Positions 61,571-64,000 of a stretch of 64,000 bases of DNA are shown here, one piece after another. The translations under genes and the position numbers were made by a program. This stretch comes from an uncultured bacterium (GTDB lineage: Bacteria; Desulfobacterota_D; UBA1144; Nemesobacterales; UBA2774): assembly GCA_963825135.1 (NCBI GenBank), contig CAWGRW010000009.1, forward strand, positions 2,272,001-2,336,000, read 5' to 3'. Position 1 is the stretch's first letter. Each line of letters starts with the position of its first letter. The notes beneath the pieces were generated by a model. The model did no database searches and was not told the DNA's origin. It was given only the letters and a program-made list of their open reading frames with translations.

Positions 61571-61645
61571 TGGAGCCGACGCCCAGACTTGAACTGGGGA
61601 CCTGCTCATTACGAGTGAGCTGCTCTACCACTGAGCTACGTCGGC
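61571..61645 (-). tRNA. tRNA-Thr(CGT)
   Basis: GCCGACGTAGCTCAGTGGTAGAGCAGCTCACTCGTAATGAGCAGGTCCCCAGTTCAAGTCTGGGCGTCGGCTCCA. Confidence 0.97.
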
Positions 61646-61876
61646 TTATTGGCAAGTTCGAATAGGAAAAAATTGTCCGTATATATCTTAAGGAACGGGA
61701 TTATATCATGATATCTGAATCCTATCCACTGTCGCCGAAAACATATAATGAGTACCCGTCCCTGTCCTTGGGAACCTGCCAGATAACGGTTCGGGCTCCC
61801 TCCCCGGACCAGTCATGGCGATATATAACGCACTCTTTATAACTACCTGGTTATCCGGGACCATGATAACCGATGT

Positions 61877-62779
61877 CTATTTGTCTCTTCGTTTAAAACT
61901 CAAGGTATTGCTGATACCTCCCAAGACCCAGCAGGAAAATCCAACGGCAAGAAGACCTAGAAGAGCTATGGCTTTCCACCATGAGTACCCTCCGCCGCGA
62001 GCGGTCCTGCGGAATACTTGAAACCTTTCCCAATTGGTTAGTGGTCTGGCATTTACTACCCGTCCGTATTCACGGCTGCTCCTCCCATAAATGAATATTT
62101 TTCGGAAAAATTTATCCGGACTATCGATTTCCATATGACGAACCCGAATATCGGGCGAATAACGAATGATATCACACGAATATCTGTCCACGCATCCGCG
62201 AATGAAGATAACGTCCGACCCCCTGGCTCTTTCGAGGAACGGTCCCATATCATCGAACAGCATCTTTCGGACTGCCATATTTCTCGTATATCCATAGTAT
62301 AATTCCTTGATCCCGCTCGTGAATACGTAGTTGTTTTTTTCATTCTCATAGTCCTCCAGCATCGAGAGCATGAACGATTCCCTGGCGGCTTGATATTTCC
62401 CAATGACGATGCCCGCATCGGAATTGGCCATCGCCGATTCAATCTCATTCAACCAGTCGCCGGACGGGACGCAATCCGAATCCGTAAAGGCGATTATCTC
62501 GCCGTTCGCCGATTGAAGTCCCCTGTTGCGTGCTGAATACGATCCCCGTTTTCTTTCGGAGATTAATTTAATTTGAGGATGCCGCCTTATAATGTCTGCC
62601 GAAGAATCCATCGAACCGTTGTTGATGAATATGATCTCATAGCGTTCTTCCGGATAATTCTGGTTTCGCAGACCTTCGACGCATTGTCCGATGTATCGCT
62701 CCGAATTATAAAATGGCACTATCACGGAAATACGTATCATATCATTGTCATCCGGGTTTCCGGGTATGAACATGGGCAA
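61877..62779 (-). CDS. Glycosyltransferase family 2
   Basis: ISVIVPFYN, INNGS, GSYSARN, FTDSDC. Start may be 62740. Confidence 0.92.
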   Translation of the reverse strand: MPMFIPGNPDDNDMIRISVIVPFYNSERYIGQCVEGLRNQNYPEERYEIIFINNGSMDSSADIIRRHPQIKLISERKRGSYSARNRGLQSANGEIIAFTDSDCVPSGDWLNEIESAMANSDAGIVIGKYQAARESFMLSMLEDYENEKNNYVFTSGIKELYYGYTRNMAVRKMLFDDMGPFLERARGSDVIFIRGCVDRYSCDIIRYSPDIRVRHMEIDSPDKFFRKIFIYGRSSREYGRVVNARPLTNWERFQVFRRTARGGGYSWWKAIALLGLLAVGFSCWVLGGISNTLSFKRRDK

Positions 62780-62811
62780 GGCTGCGGCTAATCACGCCGC
62801 GGCTCCATCGA

Positions 62812-63732
62812 TCAGGGCAGCACCTTGCGCAGTTTGGCGATTCTGACGCTCAGGCGTCCCGACGTGAAACAAACCACGCCGGCAAGGACCAATGCAATTA
62901 GATATATAGAGTCAACAACACTATACCCATGTTTCTTAATAGTCGAGTGGATTATCTCATATCGCTCGGAAAAAGTCATTTGCCTGTGAGTCTCCTTCCT
63001 TATATCGTAATTCTGTTCGAGGCTCTTTCCATATATGAACCTCTTACCAAGGTAATCCCGCAATTTTGTGATTTCCAGATGTCTTATAGAGGCGTCTGGC
63101 ACGTAGCGTATGATTTCAGACGTATATTCCTCGATCGCGCGGTTCACAAAAATGCTGTCCGCTCCCCTCATAACCTCTAAAAACGGTCCGCACCGGTCAA
63201 ATACATCCCTTTTGACAGCCATGTTATTTGTGTATCCGTAATAGAGTCCCTTCGATTTTCCCGAAAACGTGTATAAAGCTCTTTCGGACTCATAAGCTTC
63301 GAGCATCAAAAGGCCTCGCGATTCAGTGGTATACTGGCGTCCCCCCTGTATAATGCCCACCCCGGGCGAGCGCAGGGCCTCCGAAATCCTATTCAGCCAC
63401 TCCGGGTCTGGTATGCAATCCGAATCCGTGAACACGATAGTGCCGCCCCTGGATTCGGCGACTCCGAAGTTACGCGCAGCGTATGAACCCTGCTTTGATT
63501 CCGATAGTAGTCGTATTTGGGGATAATTCTTTACAATTTCTGCCGAATTATCCGTTGAGTTGTTATCAACCATTATCATTTCGCGGCGCGAAGTCGGGAA
63601 AGACTGTGAAAGGAGGGCCGTTATACACTGTTCGATACTCTTTTCGGCGTTGTGAAAAGGAACAACCACAGAAATGTCTACAATATTTTGTTGAGGGCTG
63701 GTAGATTTTGGCTGATAAGTAACGTTGCTCAA
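62812..63732 (-). CDS. Glycosyltransferase family 2, paralog of its neighbour
   Basis: ISVVVPFHN, VDNNS, GSYAARN, FTDSDC, shared LYYGYT.NMAV. Confidence 0.92.
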   Translation of the reverse strand: MSNVTYQPKSTSPQQNIVDISVVVPFHNAEKSIEQCITALLSQSFPTSRREMIMVDNNSTDNSAEIVKNYPQIRLLSESKQGSYAARNFGVAESRGGTIVFTDSDCIPDPEWLNRISEALRSPGVGIIQGGRQYTTESRGLLMLEAYESERALYTFSGKSKGLYYGYTNNMAVKRDVFDRCGPFLEVMRGADSIFVNRAIEEYTSEIIRYVPDASIRHLEITKLRDYLGKRFIYGKSLEQNYDIRKETHRQMTFSERYEIIHSTIKKHGYSVVDSIYLIALVLAGVVCFTSGRLSVRIAKLRKVLP

Positions 63733-64000
63733 TACACATGCATCTCAATGAGTATTTTATCAGTCACATAAGCGTTCTCACTAGGAAGAATTGAAACTTA
63801 AATAAAAAGAAGCGTAAAGAGAATGTCAATGTGATTGGTAAAGACTCAGCATTCGTTCCTTTACAGACGCATAATAGCTTACAATATAAAAAATCGACCT
63901 AGGTCCGAGTCTTCAAATTCCATAAACCGCGTGCATTATAGTATATAAGACAAAGAAAAGCAAAGATAGTTAATCCAAGGTAAATGAAAAGTTCCATATC

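Larger units (their letters stand above)
46692..61645. mobile_element. ~14.9 kb degenerate genomic island integrated at tRNA-Thr(CGT)
   Basis: Flanking tRNA direct repeat, integrase remnant beside the tRNA, arm-like repeats at both ends, IS3 remnant. Glycosyltransferase genes resume on both sides. Confidence 0.88.

Overview
This is a bacterial chromosomal window. The gene style and an IPTL-CTERM protein suggest Ca. Dadabacteria / Desulfobacterota-like ancestry, but this is inference only. Positions 1-46.6 kb are mostly housekeeping and envelope genes: a multiheme cytochrome, mepA, an ArsR-SRPBCC-DUF899 operon, rarA, gloA, tRNA-Ser-ffs-dnaX-ybaB-recR, trmB-aroB-apt, a probably Fur-controlled exbB-exbD-tonB, csbD/DUF1328 and a glycosyltransferase cluster. 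Several of these genes are split by frameshifts that may be assembly indels. A ~14.9 kb island (46692-61645) is integrated at tRNA-Thr(CGT) inside the glycosyltransferase locus; it has a displaced tRNA 3' half, paired arm-like repeats, a dead tyrosine integrase and an IS3 remnant. The island carries two modules. (i) A sigma54-type operon: glutaminase-STAS-cNMP, a FecR-TPR-beta-barrel protein, a Cys-rich secreted protein and a CHASE2 cyclase with guanylyl-type residues. (ii) The best candidate for a novel system: a c-di-GMP-I riboswitch-led operon encoding a stand-alone PatA/PatG-like S8 protease, a small CxxC protein, a stand-alone PatG C-terminal DUF protein and a tandem array of three small precursor-like peptides. 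The peptides share a PGFTA(D/E) leader and have variable Cys/Trp-rich cores, and none of the canonical cyanobactin tailoring enzymes is present.
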